A DNA stretch of 64,000 nt. It comes from an uncultured virus (IMG/VR IMGVR_UViG_3300032030_000025). Lineage: Duplodnaviria > Heunggongvirae > Uroviricota > Caudoviricetes. Location of the stretch: IMG/VR virus record IMGVR_UViG_3300032030_000025, positions 1 to 64,000 of that record; one strand, given 5' to 3'. Positions 1-10,061 of the stretch are shown here, piece by piece. Under the pieces are notes generated by a model that worked only from the letters and a program-made list of their open reading frames with translations, had not been told where the DNA came from and did not search any database. Positions within the stretch are counted from its first letter, which is position 1, and each line of letters opens with the position of its first letter. Both the position numbers and the translations under genes were made by a program.

Positions 1-80
1 AGGCTGAAGCATATGAAAAGGGTAATATAGGCTTCAGAAAGTGGACAGAATATTATCAACGCAAAATGGGTAAAGAATAA
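1..80 (+). CDS. 3' end of a CDS truncated by the window edge
   Basis: Open frame ...AEAYEKGNIGFRKWTEYYQRKMGKE ending in TAA at 78-80, 3 nt before the next ATG. Confidence 0.55.
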   Translation, partial: AEAYEKGNIGFRKWTEYYQRKMGKE

Positions 81-83
81 ATT

Positions 84-611
84 ATGGCAAATAATAATAA
101 TACACCGATTAAGATGCTACAATTCCTAAGGATTAGTAACATTTATGATAGTAAAGAAACTGCTATAGAAGCATTAAACAACATCACAAACAGCTCTATG
201 GGTAAGCGTCTTGAAGATGGTACACCTATCTTAGCTCGATTTGGCTCGATAGACAAACCATCGACATTAATGGGTATATTTTTTAAAGGAGAAGGCAATG
301 CTTTTGTAACAATTATTGAAGGTCGAGATGATATATACAATATACTTAATGATTTGTATGGTATCACTGACGATTTAGGGGACCAAATAAGCAACGTAAG
401 GGGTGAATTGGTAACAATTAATAGTGAAATTGATGGACTTAAGGAAGTTGATAGATTATTACAAGATGAAATAGACATCCTTATTGCAAAAAAAATGGTT
501 ATAGAATCAAACCCAGATAATGATTATATAACAATTTCAAGTTCTACAGTTGGTAACATTACTACATATATCATTAATGAAACCCATGAATTCGATATGG
601 GTACGTGGTAA
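84..611 (+). CDS. Small virion fibre-associated coiled-coil protein
   Basis: N-terminal MLQFLR..EDGTPILARF resembles the N-termini of 29315 and 34746; central coiled coil; C-terminal FDMGTW resembles FDCGTY/IDCGSY. Confidence 0.55.
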   Translation: MANNNNTPIKMLQFLRISNIYDSKETAIEALNNITNSSMGKRLEDGTPILARFGSIDKPSTLMGIFFKGEGNAFVTIIEGRDDIYNILNDLYGITDDLGDQISNVRGELVTINSEIDGLKEVDRLLQDEIDILIAKKMVIESNPDNDYITISSSTVGNITTYIINETHEFDMGTW

Positions 612-638
612 AATAATATATTAAAAATTTGAAATTTT

Positions 639-1019
639 ATGAAAAAAAATATAAGATTAACAGAAAATGACATTCGTAAAATAGTTAAGAATTCTCTACA
701 AAGAATATTAAATGAGGATGTTGATGAAAGTATTGGTGACAGATTCAAAGGAATGTATCAAGGCTTTAAGCAAGGCGCTAATTCAATGAATTCAGCTAAT
801 AGAAAAGCTACTGACTATGACCAACTGCACTATGGAAAGCAAGGAGAAGTTGAAAGATATGGGCAAAATAGAAGAGACTATGATAACGTAAATTTGGCAA
901 AGAGAAATATTTGGAACGCTATGAGTTGCTTGCATCAAGTCAAGAAAGAATGGGTGCGCAATTATTTTATGCAATTAAGCAAAATATATGATGACCTCAA
1001 AAGAATTAATAGATACTAA
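639..1019 (+). CDS. RLTE-leader protein, unknown cargo
   Basis: Starts MKKNIRLTENDIRKIVKNSLQRILNE, a leader shared with five other ORFs. Confidence 0.8.
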   Translation: MKKNIRLTENDIRKIVKNSLQRILNEDVDESIGDRFKGMYQGFKQGANSMNSANRKATDYDQLHYGKQGEVERYGQNRRDYDNVNLAKRNIWNAMSCLHQVKKEWVRNYFMQLSKIYDDLKRINRY

Positions 1020-1055
1020 AAAAAAAGGCACTATGTAATATAGTGTCTTTTTTTT
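1020..1055. terminator. Bidirectional intrinsic terminator
   Basis: A-tract, GGCACTAT/ATAGTGTC stem, T-tract, between convergent genes. Confidence 0.8.
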
Positions 1056-1729
1056 CATAATACTCCTTTCATTAAGTTATACTCCCTATTGCGTCTCCCC
1101 ACATGAGTCTGACAAGTGATATTGGCTGTCTTGACAGCACTCAAAGTATAGTTATAATCAGATTGGTTGATATTGTTGTCATTGAATCGGCATCTGTTAA
1201 GACGAGCATAGAACTCTGACTTTCTGACACCACCCTCGCCACAATTGTAAATCAATGAACCAAGCCCATCAACAAAATCTTGTGAAAACGTGTATGGAAA
1301 TGATGATAGAAGAGAATTGATTGACGTGTTAACCCACGCAATATCCTTCGCAAACAATGCCTCTGCCTCTTCTACAGTAATTGTCTGTCCTTTCTTCACA
1401 TCAGTTCCGTGATGCCCATATCCGATTGAATATCCATTAGTGTCCCAATAAGCTGTAAGATTGCAAGATTCCTCTTTCCTTATGAAATTCATACCATTTG
1501 TTGAAACCTTGTACTTCGTAGATACAAGCTTCTTTGCTTCAGTCTTCTTTGGTTTAGCCTTCGTCTTTGTCACAGTAGGCTCTTCAACAATAGGCTTTTC
1601 GACATACATTGTATCGGTGGCATACTGAACCAAGGACAATGAATACTTCAAGCCATTTGTAAGACCAACATAATAGCTCACTACAATCGCCAAAACAATA
1701 AAAATTGTAAGATAAATTTTGTTACTCAT
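1055..1729 (-). CDS. GH24 phage-type lysozyme with N-terminal membrane anchor
   Basis: GMNFIRKEESCNLTAYWDTNGYSIGYGH catalytic region, DGLGSLIYNCG, GRRNRE; hydrophobic N-terminus IYLTIFIVLAIVVSYYVGL. Confidence 0.85.
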   Translation of the reverse strand: MSNKIYLTIFIVLAIVVSYYVGLTNGLKYSLSLVQYATDTMYVEKPIVEEPTVTKTKAKPKKTEAKKLVSTKYKVSTNGMNFIRKEESCNLTAYWDTNGYSIGYGHHGTDVKKGQTITVEEAEALFAKDIAWVNTSINSLLSSFPYTFSQDFVDGLGSLIYNCGEGGVRKSEFYARLNRCRFNDNNINQSDYNYTLSAVKTANITCQTHVGRRNREYNLMKGVL

Positions 1730-1754
1730 TCGATTTTTGTTTTAAATTGTTGTG

Positions 1755-1786
1755 CAAAGATAAAACAAAAAAATGAGAATTACAAA
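1755..1786 (-). promoter_or_regulatory. Bacteroidota-type primary sigma promoter (-33 TTTG / -7 TAnnTTTG)
   Basis: Minus strand TTTG (1786-1783), 20-nt spacer, TATCTTTG (1762-1755), upstream of the lysozyme ATG. Confidence 0.7.
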
Positions 1787-1817
1787 TTTAAATTGTTAAA
1801 AAATATAAAGACAAAAA

Positions 1818-2660
1818 TTATATATCAAAAAAATGAGGCTTTTCTATTTGAACCCAATCATTATCATACCAAATTCCTTTTCTCTTGTCAAGTATGCACC
1901 ATATTGGGGTGTCTTTATATGTGGTTACAACAATTGATTTACCATCATTCCAATATTGTCCGCAATAACCATATTTTTTCATAGCGATAGGAAGACTTAA
2001 TCTTTCAGCATTGGTTTCAAAATCATAAAAATCTGATTGTGGAATCAAGCAATAATATTTATAAGTACCACTATTGCTTGGGTCGCTTCCACTGTCCTTG
2101 CTACCCCAAAAATATTTACCAATATCACTGTTGTTTGAATACGTATTGGTTACACCCTTTTTGATATAACCGTCAGTTATTTTATATGATGAATCGTGAT
2201 GCAACAATAGGAGATTATCATCAATTATAACCATATTAGACATAAATTCATTATGTTTGCTTTCAACTTCTTCTTTTGACTTTCTCTTACCAAGAAACAT
2301 TTCACCGAATTCATCATCTTCATGTTCTGGATATATTTTTATACGCTCCTTATAAATTGATGGTATCGAATCTGTCTGATTACCACTTCCATCAGGATTT
2401 TCAGTATATCTTACATCATTGATTTCTCTACCATATAGCATTTCCTTTTTTGGATTAACCATTACATAAACCTTATTTTTACTATCATCATCAAACCAAG
2501 GATAATAAGGAATTTCACCAACGCAAATGTATCCACTTGTATCAACGTCACCAAACATTTCATTAATCAAATGCCTATTATATGTTTCTTTTATCTCTCT
2601 AACGCAATATTTTACAATCCTATGTAAATCATTTTCTGTCAATCTAATTATTCTTTTCAT
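1818..2660 (-). CDS. RLTE-leader protein, unknown cargo
   Basis: Starts MKRIIRLTENDLHRIVKYCVREIKE...LINE. Confidence 0.8.
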   Translation of the reverse strand: MKRIIRLTENDLHRIVKYCVREIKETYNRHLINEMFGDVDTSGYICVGEIPYYPWFDDDSKNKVYVMVNPKKEMLYGREINDVRYTENPDGSGNQTDSIPSIYKERIKIYPEHEDDEFGEMFLGKRKSKEEVESKHNEFMSNMVIIDDNLLLLHHDSSYKITDGYIKKGVTNTYSNNSDIGKYFWGSKDSGSDPSNSGTYKYYCLIPQSDFYDFETNAERLSLPIAMKKYGYCGQYWNDGKSIVVTTYKDTPIWCILDKRKGIWYDNDWVQIEKPHFFDI

Positions 2661-2716
2661 ATATTTAAAAAGTACCTTTTATACTAAATATCACAAAAAT
2701 GGCAATAGATAATATT

Positions 2717-3922
2717 CTATTGCCAAATTGCATCGTGTACAAAGTATTTTAAGCCATCAACAAGGTCGAAACGTTCCCAAGGGTACATAAGTTTATTATG
2801 CTCGTCTTCCATTTCCTCTTCAGTCATTCCATAGTATCCGTTAATTGCCGAATTTGCATAACGGCATACCGTTGGGTCAAAACGCTTGATTATATTATGT
2901 GGTTCAAGACCTACATTTTTCTTAACCCATTCAACAAGTGGTTTTTCCAAATGCTTGTTTCTATTAAGTGTAATGTTTACTGAAGTTGGTTCAACAACGC
3001 CTATTGAATATGAGATGTCAACCCCACAAGTGTCTGCAATATCAGCAGCAACAATATTCTTGGCTATGTAACGACACATCATATTTCCACTGTAATCAAG
3101 TTTTGAAATATCCTTTCCATTGAGTCCACCTCCAGAAATTCTATATGCACTTGATGTCTGATTGCAAGCCAATTTCCTATTGCACATTCCACAATCAGAT
3201 ATGCTTCCGCCAATCCTCCAAGTTCCAGCTGGATTTACATCAATAATAACCTCTTCAGTTATAAATTTTTCAAAAATATCAGTATTAAGGTTGATTCTAT
3301 TAGTTAGAATTGCTTCTGTAATGTAATTTCTTACAGTAGCAAGATTGCACTGATGCATAGCTGAAACTAAAATTGAAATAACCCTTTTGGGTTCTATTCC
3401 ATCATATTCAATAACAACTTGCGATTTAGCATCTGGTCCTATTTCCAATTCAGTTTGCGTATTAATGAAATTACATATATGCTTTGTTATGTAGCAACCA
3501 AGAGGCATAAATGTTTCGGTTTCTTTTGTTGCATAACCACACATAAACCCTTGGTCTGAACCAGCAATTACATCATCTGAAATATCGACAGCATTGTGAA
3601 TTTCCATTGACTGTTTACCAATGAGATTAATAATCTTTATTTCATTTGGTGATAGGTGGTGATTTTCTGGATATTTGATTTTTTCAAATACAGAACGTAC
3701 AACTCTGTCATAATCAACAACTGTATTTGAATATACTTCACCACCAATGACAACAATGTTGTCCTTCATCATTACCTCAATACCGCAACGCGATTTACTA
3801 TCACCCTTCACAAACGCATCTACAAGCGAATTAGCTATTATATCACAAACTGCGTCTGGATGTCCATTTGAAACTTGTTCTACAGCAATAACATAATTAT
3901 CAAAATTTATTTGTTTAACCAT
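2717..3922 (-). CDS. metK: S-adenosylmethionine synthetase (divergent)
   Basis: EQVSNGHPDAVCD, AGSDQG, GPDAKSQV, NPAG, GGGLNGKD match MAT signature regions; 401 aa. Confidence 0.85.
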   Translation of the reverse strand: MVKQINFDNYVIAVEQVSNGHPDAVCDIIANSLVDAFVKGDSKSRCGIEVMMKDNIVVIGGEVYSNTVVDYDRVVRSVFEKIKYPENHHLSPNEIKIINLIGKQSMEIHNAVDISDDVIAGSDQGFMCGYATKETETFMPLGCYITKHICNFINTQTELEIGPDAKSQVVIEYDGIEPKRVISILVSAMHQCNLATVRNYITEAILTNRINLNTDIFEKFITEEVIIDVNPAGTWRIGGSISDCGMCNRKLACNQTSSAYRISGGGLNGKDISKLDYSGNMMCRYIAKNIVAADIADTCGVDISYSIGVVEPTSVNITLNRNKHLEKPLVEWVKKNVGLEPHNIIKRFDPTVCRYANSAINGYYGMTEEEMEDEHNKLMYPWERFDLVDGLKYFVHDAIWQ

Positions 3923-3923
3923 T

Positions 3924-5063
3924 TTAATTCCTATTTATACAATTATATGCGTTATTTGTCACTAAAATAATCCGTGATTTTTCATACATATCCTTTACAT
4001 CAAAGCAGTCAATATAACTCATTGTAGACCGCAAAGCGTGTATCATCTTTTCTGACCATTCCTTGACAGTACCATCAACTGTATACCATTTCTCCATTCC
4101 TTCTTCAACTTTGGTATCAACACCCATATCGTTTTGACCTCTATTTGATGCCATACCGTAGAATGACTTCATAAATGAAACTTGCTTGTCTCCAATAAAG
4201 AATCGTCCATTACCCTTATATTGAAAGTCATCTCTATTCATTAACTGAAGTCCGTCAATAACCTCATTACGGTCTTCTAACCCAAGAGCTAATGCACTAG
4301 AAAAGAAACTCGTACAAGGAGAAGCACTTTCAAGTTTTCTACCAAGAACACTTCCAATCATTACAAAATCAGCACCAAGGCACAATGCCTTCGACACATC
4401 ACCAAAGTCCCTTATACCGCCATCAGCCACTATATATGGGCATTTTGCGTGTGGATTACCAAACAATAGCTTCTCCTTTTCAATTATTGTATCAGCGATA
4501 AGACTTGCGATTGGATAATTTACTCCAGTAATTGGGGTTGTAGTACAGCCATCGCCACCACCTATATTAAGCCGAACATAGTCAACACCAGCTTTTGCTG
4601 CATAATAATATGTGGATGGATTTGCAATGTTTCCTACCATCAGTACAAGCTTGTCACCATAGTGCTTTTTGGCAAGTTCGACTTTCTTGTATAACTCTTC
4701 CATATGTCCATTTGCCATGTCAACCAAAACGAATGCTTTGTTCTCAATATATGTATGATTTGCACAGAAGAATGTGTCAAATTCTTCAAGTGAAAAAGCT
4801 GCCCATTTCCCTTGCTTTGCAAATTCCAATCTCATTTCAACCTTATACTTTTTGTCACGAGGAAGTATTGGAATTATCTTGTTTGATTCGAACATTTCAA
4901 AATTCTCCAAACTGACAACACTAGTCATAGGCGCAGCAAATATTGGAAGCATTCCATTCTTGAATGGATTAATGTCACCTCTGTGTCTAACCTTGCTTAT
5001 TGCTGCTGGGACAATTGAAATGTCGTTATAAGCATATTTAAATTCTTTTTCTATTTTTCCCAT
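3924..5063 (-). CDS. IMP dehydrogenase / GMP reductase family protein
   Basis: PIFAAPM, VDMANGH, MVGNIAN, NIGGGDGCTT, IVADGGI, LGADFVMIG, FYGMAS, LRSTMSY; start moved to the ATG of MGKIEK. Confidence 0.85.
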   Translation of the reverse strand: MGKIEKEFKYAYNDISIVPAAISKVRHRGDINPFKNGMLPIFAAPMTSVVSLENFEMFESNKIIPILPRDKKYKVEMRLEFAKQGKWAAFSLEEFDTFFCANHTYIENKAFVLVDMANGHMEELYKKVELAKKHYGDKLVLMVGNIANPSTYYYAAKAGVDYVRLNIGGGDGCTTTPITGVNYPIASLIADTIIEKEKLLFGNPHAKCPYIVADGGIRDFGDVSKALCLGADFVMIGSVLGRKLESASPCTSFFSSALALGLEDRNEVIDGLQLMNRDDFQYKGNGRFFIGDKQVSFMKSFYGMASNRGQNDMGVDTKVEEGMEKWYTVDGTVKEWSEKMIHALRSTMSYIDCFDVKDMYEKSRIILVTNNAYNCINRN

Positions 5064-5067
5064 AATG

Positions 5068-5748
5068 TCACTTGTCTTTTTTGTCAGTACTACCAAATCC
5101 GTTTGTTCCTCTCTCCGAATCAGAAAGTTCGTCAACTACCTCAATCTTTATTGTCGGACAATTGAACAGAACCATCTGTCCTACTCTATCACCAACTTTG
5201 TATGGTGCATATTCAAGATTTTCTGCCTTATGTAGTATTTCATTCGCTGTTTGGCTATATGCATCCATTGCCGTATCATAAGCCCAAGAAATTGTTCTTT
5301 GCCATTCTTTTGGGGTTCCATCCCAAAGATGTAAACAATTGATAAAAGCAGAGTTATAAACACGTTGACCCATAATCTCCATATAAGTCTTTAAGCTTGT
5401 CCTGTTCTTGTATCTGAACTGTATTTCACCTCTATATATTGCACAGTCAGCAATACCTACACTATTAGTTAAATAGGCTTCCTTCTTAGAATTTCCACTT
5501 CTGGGAAACAAGAATTGCCCAATGTTGAAATTAGATTCGAATGCCAAACCAGTGTGATAAATATACGTGTCTGTTTTATCGTCATACTCCACACTGATTG
5601 CTGTCATATCCATACCTATGTCACCTTTATGTGCATAGGATGGTATGACAGCTTTTTCGTCCAATTTCTTCAACTTAATCCAAATAGTTGGCTCCTTTTT
5701 CTTGATACCAAATAATTTCTTAAAATCGAAAAAAATCCTTAAATCCAT
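5068..5748 (-). CDS. dut: Trimeric dUTPase with internal insertion
   Basis: GDIGMD, PRSG, NSVGIADCAIYRGEI, GDRVGQ, RGTNGFGST motifs. Confidence 0.9.
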   Translation of the reverse strand: MDLRIFFDFKKLFGIKKKEPTIWIKLKKLDEKAVIPSYAHKGDIGMDMTAISVEYDDKTDTYIYHTGLAFESNFNIGQFLFPRSGNSKKEAYLTNSVGIADCAIYRGEIQFRYKNRTSLKTYMEIMGQRVYNSAFINCLHLWDGTPKEWQRTISWAYDTAMDAYSQTANEILHKAENLEYAPYKVGDRVGQMVLFNCPTIKIEVVDELSDSERGTNGFGSTDKKDK

Positions 5749-5754
5749 ATTAAA

Positions 5755-6324
5755 TTACTCTTTGAAAATGCTTGTAGTTGTTACAAGCTCATTAGCTTGC
5801 CTAATGACAACAGACAACGGATTCGCAAAAATCCTCGCTTGCTCATCATCTACCTTGTCAATGATGGTCATTGCTTCAACTTCAACTTCAGTCAAAGGTA
5901 CGTTCATTTGTATTGCAATAGCAAGAGACCTTGCACCTAATTTCAATGCAAGTTTCTTGTTGCTATACTTATATTTTCTACCCAACTTGTTGATTTCCCA
6001 CTCGTTATCATTTGGAATAAACATATCTGCCTTTGCAAGATGCTGAAGCAGACACACCTTTACTATTGATGCCTTTTCACATCTTAAATTTTCTGGTAAC
6101 AAATCATTGATTTTCAAGGCAAAAGGAGTTAATACCCTTAAAACCGTATTAAGAAGTGAACCGTCATATGCAAGTCCGCTTATTGTATCTATTGCATATG
6201 GCGCGTTGATTAATTTGTCATATAAAATACTTTCTATCTTATCTGAATCAATCCCCAAATCACCAAGTTTCTTCTTAAACAACTCGTAATTTTTAAACCT
6301 TGCTTCTTCGCTTAATTCACACAT
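5755..6324 (-). CDS. HD-fold-like protein, degenerate
   Basis: AYDGSLL..., VCLLQHLAK, GARS..., LVxxIRQANE layout resembles phage HD hydrolases but lacks the canonical HD. Confidence 0.45.
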   Translation of the reverse strand: MCELSEEARFKNYELFKKKLGDLGIDSDKIESILYDKLINAPYAIDTISGLAYDGSLLNTVLRVLTPFALKINDLLPENLRCEKASIVKVCLLQHLAKADMFIPNDNEWEINKLGRKYKYSNKKLALKLGARSLAIAIQMNVPLTEVEVEAMTIIDKVDDEQARIFANPLSVVIRQANELVTTTSIFKE

Positions 6325-6344
6325 ATTATTATTCGTTTAAATTG

Positions 6345-6569
6345 TTATTCATATTTACGTTTGGGAAATTTGTTATGCCATTTGCCATAACCAGTAGGGC
6401 TACCATCTTTGAATCTTGATGGGGCGCATTCTGAACATAATTTTTTACCCTTGAATTCCTCTCCAACATCACACCAATCAGCTTTATCAGCATTTTCTTC
6501 TGCAAGCCAATACCATCCAAGTGCTGTATTCTCGCAACATCCGCACTTTTCACATTTGAATAATCCCAT
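6345..6569 (-). CDS. Small Cys-rich (zinc-binding) protein
   Basis: CEKCGCCEN ... LCSEC. Confidence 0.65.
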   Translation of the reverse strand: MGLFKCEKCGCCENTALGWYWLAEENADKADWCDVGEEFKGKKLCSECAPSRFKDGSPTGYGKWHNKFPKRKYE

Positions 6570-6700
6570 ATTGTTTCAGTCGTTTTGCATAGTGAGTATA
6601 TAAAAAATGTTAAAAAAACAAAAAAAATTCCGTGAATATTATCAAATACTCACGGAACTTTTTAAATCAAATATATATTTGTGGAACTGAATATCATTGT

Positions 6701-7945
6701 TTATTCAATCTTCAAATCTGTTCTTCCAACAAGCTCTATGTATTTCCTTGCTCTTTGTTTGCAGACGGTTTCAATGTCATATACACCATCAACTGTCTTG
6801 AACAAATTATCTTGCAACAACTTGAGCTTATCCTTGTTCTGTACAAGCCAAGTAATCATCTTAGCCCATCTCTTTGCGCCCTTGCCATTTTCAATCAAAA
6901 GAGAATTTCCATCTTCATGAAATTCATATCCTTTTGTTATCATTGGCTTTAAGTCAATTGTATAAGGACCGAAATCAGAAGCGATTATTGCCTTATGGAA
7001 AAAGCCAGCCTCTACAACCTTCAATTGTGATTTAACCTTGTTGAAGTCGTTTTCTGCAAGAGGCACAAGCAATACATCAATATTGTTATAATGAGTTGCA
7101 TATTGGCTAATGTCCTTTGTCCAACAGCGCCTATATGCTTCATCGTGATTTGGATAATCTGATTGAGGTATAAACTTCATTAAGAAATCCTTATGTTCTT
7201 TGGATACTATGCTGTAATTGTTAGTAATAATCTTTTCATACTCATACCAAACACTTTCTTCTGGCTTGATTGGAACTGTTTCAACCTTTCCAGTATCTTT
7301 ATATCTGATGGTTCTAGTACCTCTTGTATCAAAACCACACAACACAAACTGAATTTGGTCGATAATTTCTTTGTCAAGCTTTGCAACCATACCGTCAAGC
7401 AACTTGAAGTCATGTAGGTGTGAAGAACCACAAATCATTCCAATTCTTAATCTGTCTGTATCTCTCGTATCTTTTGGAATAAATTGTTCTTCTGTTGTAT
7501 CAATGGCATTTGGAAACACTTCCACCTTCTTGTTAATCTTTCTAATCTGATTTGCGAAGATTTCTGTTGTGGTTGAGCACATATCAGCCAATTTAAGTGA
7601 GTCAGTGATTGGTATATCCCATCTTTCTGCGTTTGCACTTGCTGACATTGGATGCCAAGTTCCCAAGTTCCAATTATCATCAACATCTACAATAACCTTA
7701 ACATCAAGGAATTGAGCCATTTTAATTATATTGCATTGCTTATCAAGATGTTTGTGAATATGGATTATATCATACTTTCTCAAAAACGTTTCCAAATTCA
7801 CATCATTTGGAATACCATACATAATGTCTATGTCAAAAATATCTGACATATGTTCTGCAATCCACTTGTGTGGCGAAACGGAACGGAAATATCCACAACC
7901 AGAACGGTCTGATGGAAGTACTAGCATTTTTATTTTCTTATCCAT
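6701..7945 (-). CDS. GT-B glycosyltransferase (GT4-like)
   Basis: GCGYFRS..PH, DVDDNW, VFPNAID, DVLLVPL..NDFNKVKSQLKVVEAG. Confidence 0.8.
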   Translation of the reverse strand: MDKKIKMLVLPSDRSGCGYFRSVSPHKWIAEHMSDIFDIDIMYGIPNDVNLETFLRKYDIIHIHKHLDKQCNIIKMAQFLDVKVIVDVDDNWNLGTWHPMSASANAERWDIPITDSLKLADMCSTTTEIFANQIRKINKKVEVFPNAIDTTEEQFIPKDTRDTDRLRIGMICGSSHLHDFKLLDGMVAKLDKEIIDQIQFVLCGFDTRGTRTIRYKDTGKVETVPIKPEESVWYEYEKIITNNYSIVSKEHKDFLMKFIPQSDYPNHDEAYRRCWTKDISQYATHYNNIDVLLVPLAENDFNKVKSQLKVVEAGFFHKAIIASDFGPYTIDLKPMITKGYEFHEDGNSLLIENGKGAKRWAKMITWLVQNKDKLKLLQDNLFKTVDGVYDIETVCKQRARKYIELVGRTDLKIE

Positions 7946-8132
7946 GTAAAATTCATTTATATATAAAATATTTAAAAAAGAATAAAAATCAATAATAAAT
8001 AAAAAAAATATTTTTTTTCATTTTTTTTAAATATTTATTTATTTTTAATATTATAATAATATATCTTATATATAAAATAATATTTAATTAAATTTTAATT
8101 AAAGAAAGAAAATATATAAAGAAAGAAAAGAA

Positions 8133-8831
8133 ATGAAGAAACTTGTAATTGTCGTAGCTTCTAAAAGCACAAATGAAGAGAAAGCTGATTTCATTCAGCA
8201 CATTAGTGACACTTGTGGATACCCAAATGATATAGTGTTCAATATAAATCCAAATGGTATTTCTTTGACGAAGATTTATAATGATTCAATGAAGGAAAGG
8301 GATGGCGATTACTTCATTTTCTTACATGATGACATTGAGTTTGTAAGAAGTGGATGGGGTGCAGAGATTGTCAGACTGTTTGAAGAGAACAAGGACTATG
8401 GAATCATTGGTGTCGCTGGCAGTGGAGAATTTGAAAAGGAGGCTGCTTGGTGGAGATATAAGGATATTTATGGTCAAGTTATGCACAGAAAGGATGGCAA
8501 GTCGTGGCTTACGACATTTTCGCCATTGTTGCCTTGCGATTTGATGAATGTATGTGTGGTCGATGGAGTTTTTATTGCAGTTGCAAAAGATAGAATCACA
8601 AGCTATTTCAAGGAGGAATATGAAGGGTTCAATTTCTATGAGATTTCATTCTGTCTACAGAACTACATTGATGGCAAGACAAAGATTGGTGTAACTACAA
8701 ACGTGAGATTAGCTCATAATTCAGTTGGTGAATTAAAACCGAATTGGTATGAGAACAGAGAAAAACTAAACAAGGAATTTGGAAAATATTTTCCTATAAA
8801 AACTAAACACAATGTCAAAATCACTAGGTAA
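8133..8831 (+). CDS. GT-A / GT2-like glycosyltransferase
   Basis: IFLHDDIEF, GIIGVAG, VVDGVFIAV, FNFYEISFC, VRLAH. Confidence 0.75.
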   Translation: MKKLVIVVASKSTNEEKADFIQHISDTCGYPNDIVFNINPNGISLTKIYNDSMKERDGDYFIFLHDDIEFVRSGWGAEIVRLFEENKDYGIIGVAGSGEFEKEAAWWRYKDIYGQVMHRKDGKSWLTTFSPLLPCDLMNVCVVDGVFIAVAKDRITSYFKEEYEGFNFYEISFCLQNYIDGKTKIGVTTNVRLAHNSVGELKPNWYENREKLNKEFGKYFPIKTKHNVKITR

Positions 8832-9057
8832 TTTAACGCTTGCACAATTGCTTGAATTGAAGAATTGTGCAGATATGGTTTCAGCATACTATGCTGAATG
8901 TTTAACAGACTATGCAACGATAGCATCTGATGCAACTTTGAAGAATATGACTCCAGATGTTGCAGAAAAATATTTAAGAAGAAGAAAATCTCAAAAGTTA
9001 TCAATGCAGATACTTAACGAGATTGAGCAAATAATCAGCGAATACTATGATGATTGA
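8812..9057 (+). CDS. Hypothetical protein
   Basis: ORF coupled to both neighbours by short overlaps. Confidence 0.65.
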   Translation: MSKSLGNLTLAQLLELKNCADMVSAYYAECLTDYATIASDATLKNMTPDVAEKYLRRRKSQKLSMQILNEIEQIISEYYDD

Positions 9058-10018
9058 TGCAATTAAAAGAGGTTTAAGAAAGATTGCGTATGCCTTTGCT
9101 TTTGCAATAAAGGGAGGTGATGATGCAATTGGTACTCAAGACCAGAACGAAACTGTAGTTGGTGTTGTACAGCAACAGCAAGCACAATCTCTTGGGGAAG
9201 CCTTGCTCAAGGGCGAAGTTACAAAACAAGTTGAGGAATTGAGATATATGGACTACAAGGTAAGTAAGGAATCTAAAAGATTCCATCATATTGGAAACGG
9301 TGTGACCATTGAGACGAGAAAACCTCAAAAGAACTTGAAGAGATTCAAGTTCAAGCAAGGAAATCCTATGGTTTGTGAGGATGTATACCACGAATTGCAG
9401 AGAATTGACGATTATGCTGCGCCTTCAAGGTACTTGTTTGAACTTACATATATTGATGTGCCTACAGTCAAGCTTGAACCATATATTTCGTATGGAGAAT
9501 TTGATATTGATGACAATCATATAAAGGTTTCGTTTGTTTTTGACAAGAATATAAGGAGCAATGAAGACCCAATAACGAAGATTCTGCTTAGAAGACTTGG
9601 TGAAATATCAAGATATAATTCTGGTTATCAGATTGAGCACGATGATATATGCAGCAATGTAGCAATGCTGACATTTACGACATCAAATGCAACCAATGAG
9701 GATGATTATGTGAGATATGACATATTAGGTATGTCGTTTGATTCGTGCAAGGAGGTTCAAGATGGCTTTATTTTGACTTATTCTTCAAGCAATTTCAAGC
9801 GATTTGACTTGACAGAGCAATTCTACAGCAAGGAACTTGAGGAAAAATACAGAAAAAAGGCTCCAAAGGGGCAGAATGTCGAATTATACACCACTGAAAG
9901 GAAGTTTTATTGTGACGATTGCGGAAAAGAGATGAACGAATACGATGCAAGCATTACAAAATACACTTTTGGCAGACAATTGTGTCAAGATTGCATAAAA
10001 ACCAACATGTTGTATTGA
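9047..10018 (+). CDS. Hypothetical protein with C-terminal zinc ribbon
   Basis: CDDCGK...LCQDC. Confidence 0.7.
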   Translation: MMIDAIKRGLRKIAYAFAFAIKGGDDAIGTQDQNETVVGVVQQQQAQSLGEALLKGEVTKQVEELRYMDYKVSKESKRFHHIGNGVTIETRKPQKNLKRFKFKQGNPMVCEDVYHELQRIDDYAAPSRYLFELTYIDVPTVKLEPYISYGEFDIDDNHIKVSFVFDKNIRSNEDPITKILLRRLGEISRYNSGYQIEHDDICSNVAMLTFTTSNATNEDDYVRYDILGMSFDSCKEVQDGFILTYSSSNFKRFDLTEQFYSKELEEKYRKKAPKGQNVELYTTERKFYCDDCGKEMNEYDASITKYTFGRQLCQDCIKTNMLY

Positions 10019-10061
10019 TTTTTACTGTTCTTAATCTATTTTTTAAACAAAATAAGATGTA

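Noticed and set aside
3924..6324. Modified-base (dZ or 7-deazaguanine) pathway
   Set aside because: No PurZ, QueC/D/E, FolE or DpdA-like gene is recognisable; IMPDH/GMPR, dUTPase and an HD-like protein alone are insufficient.
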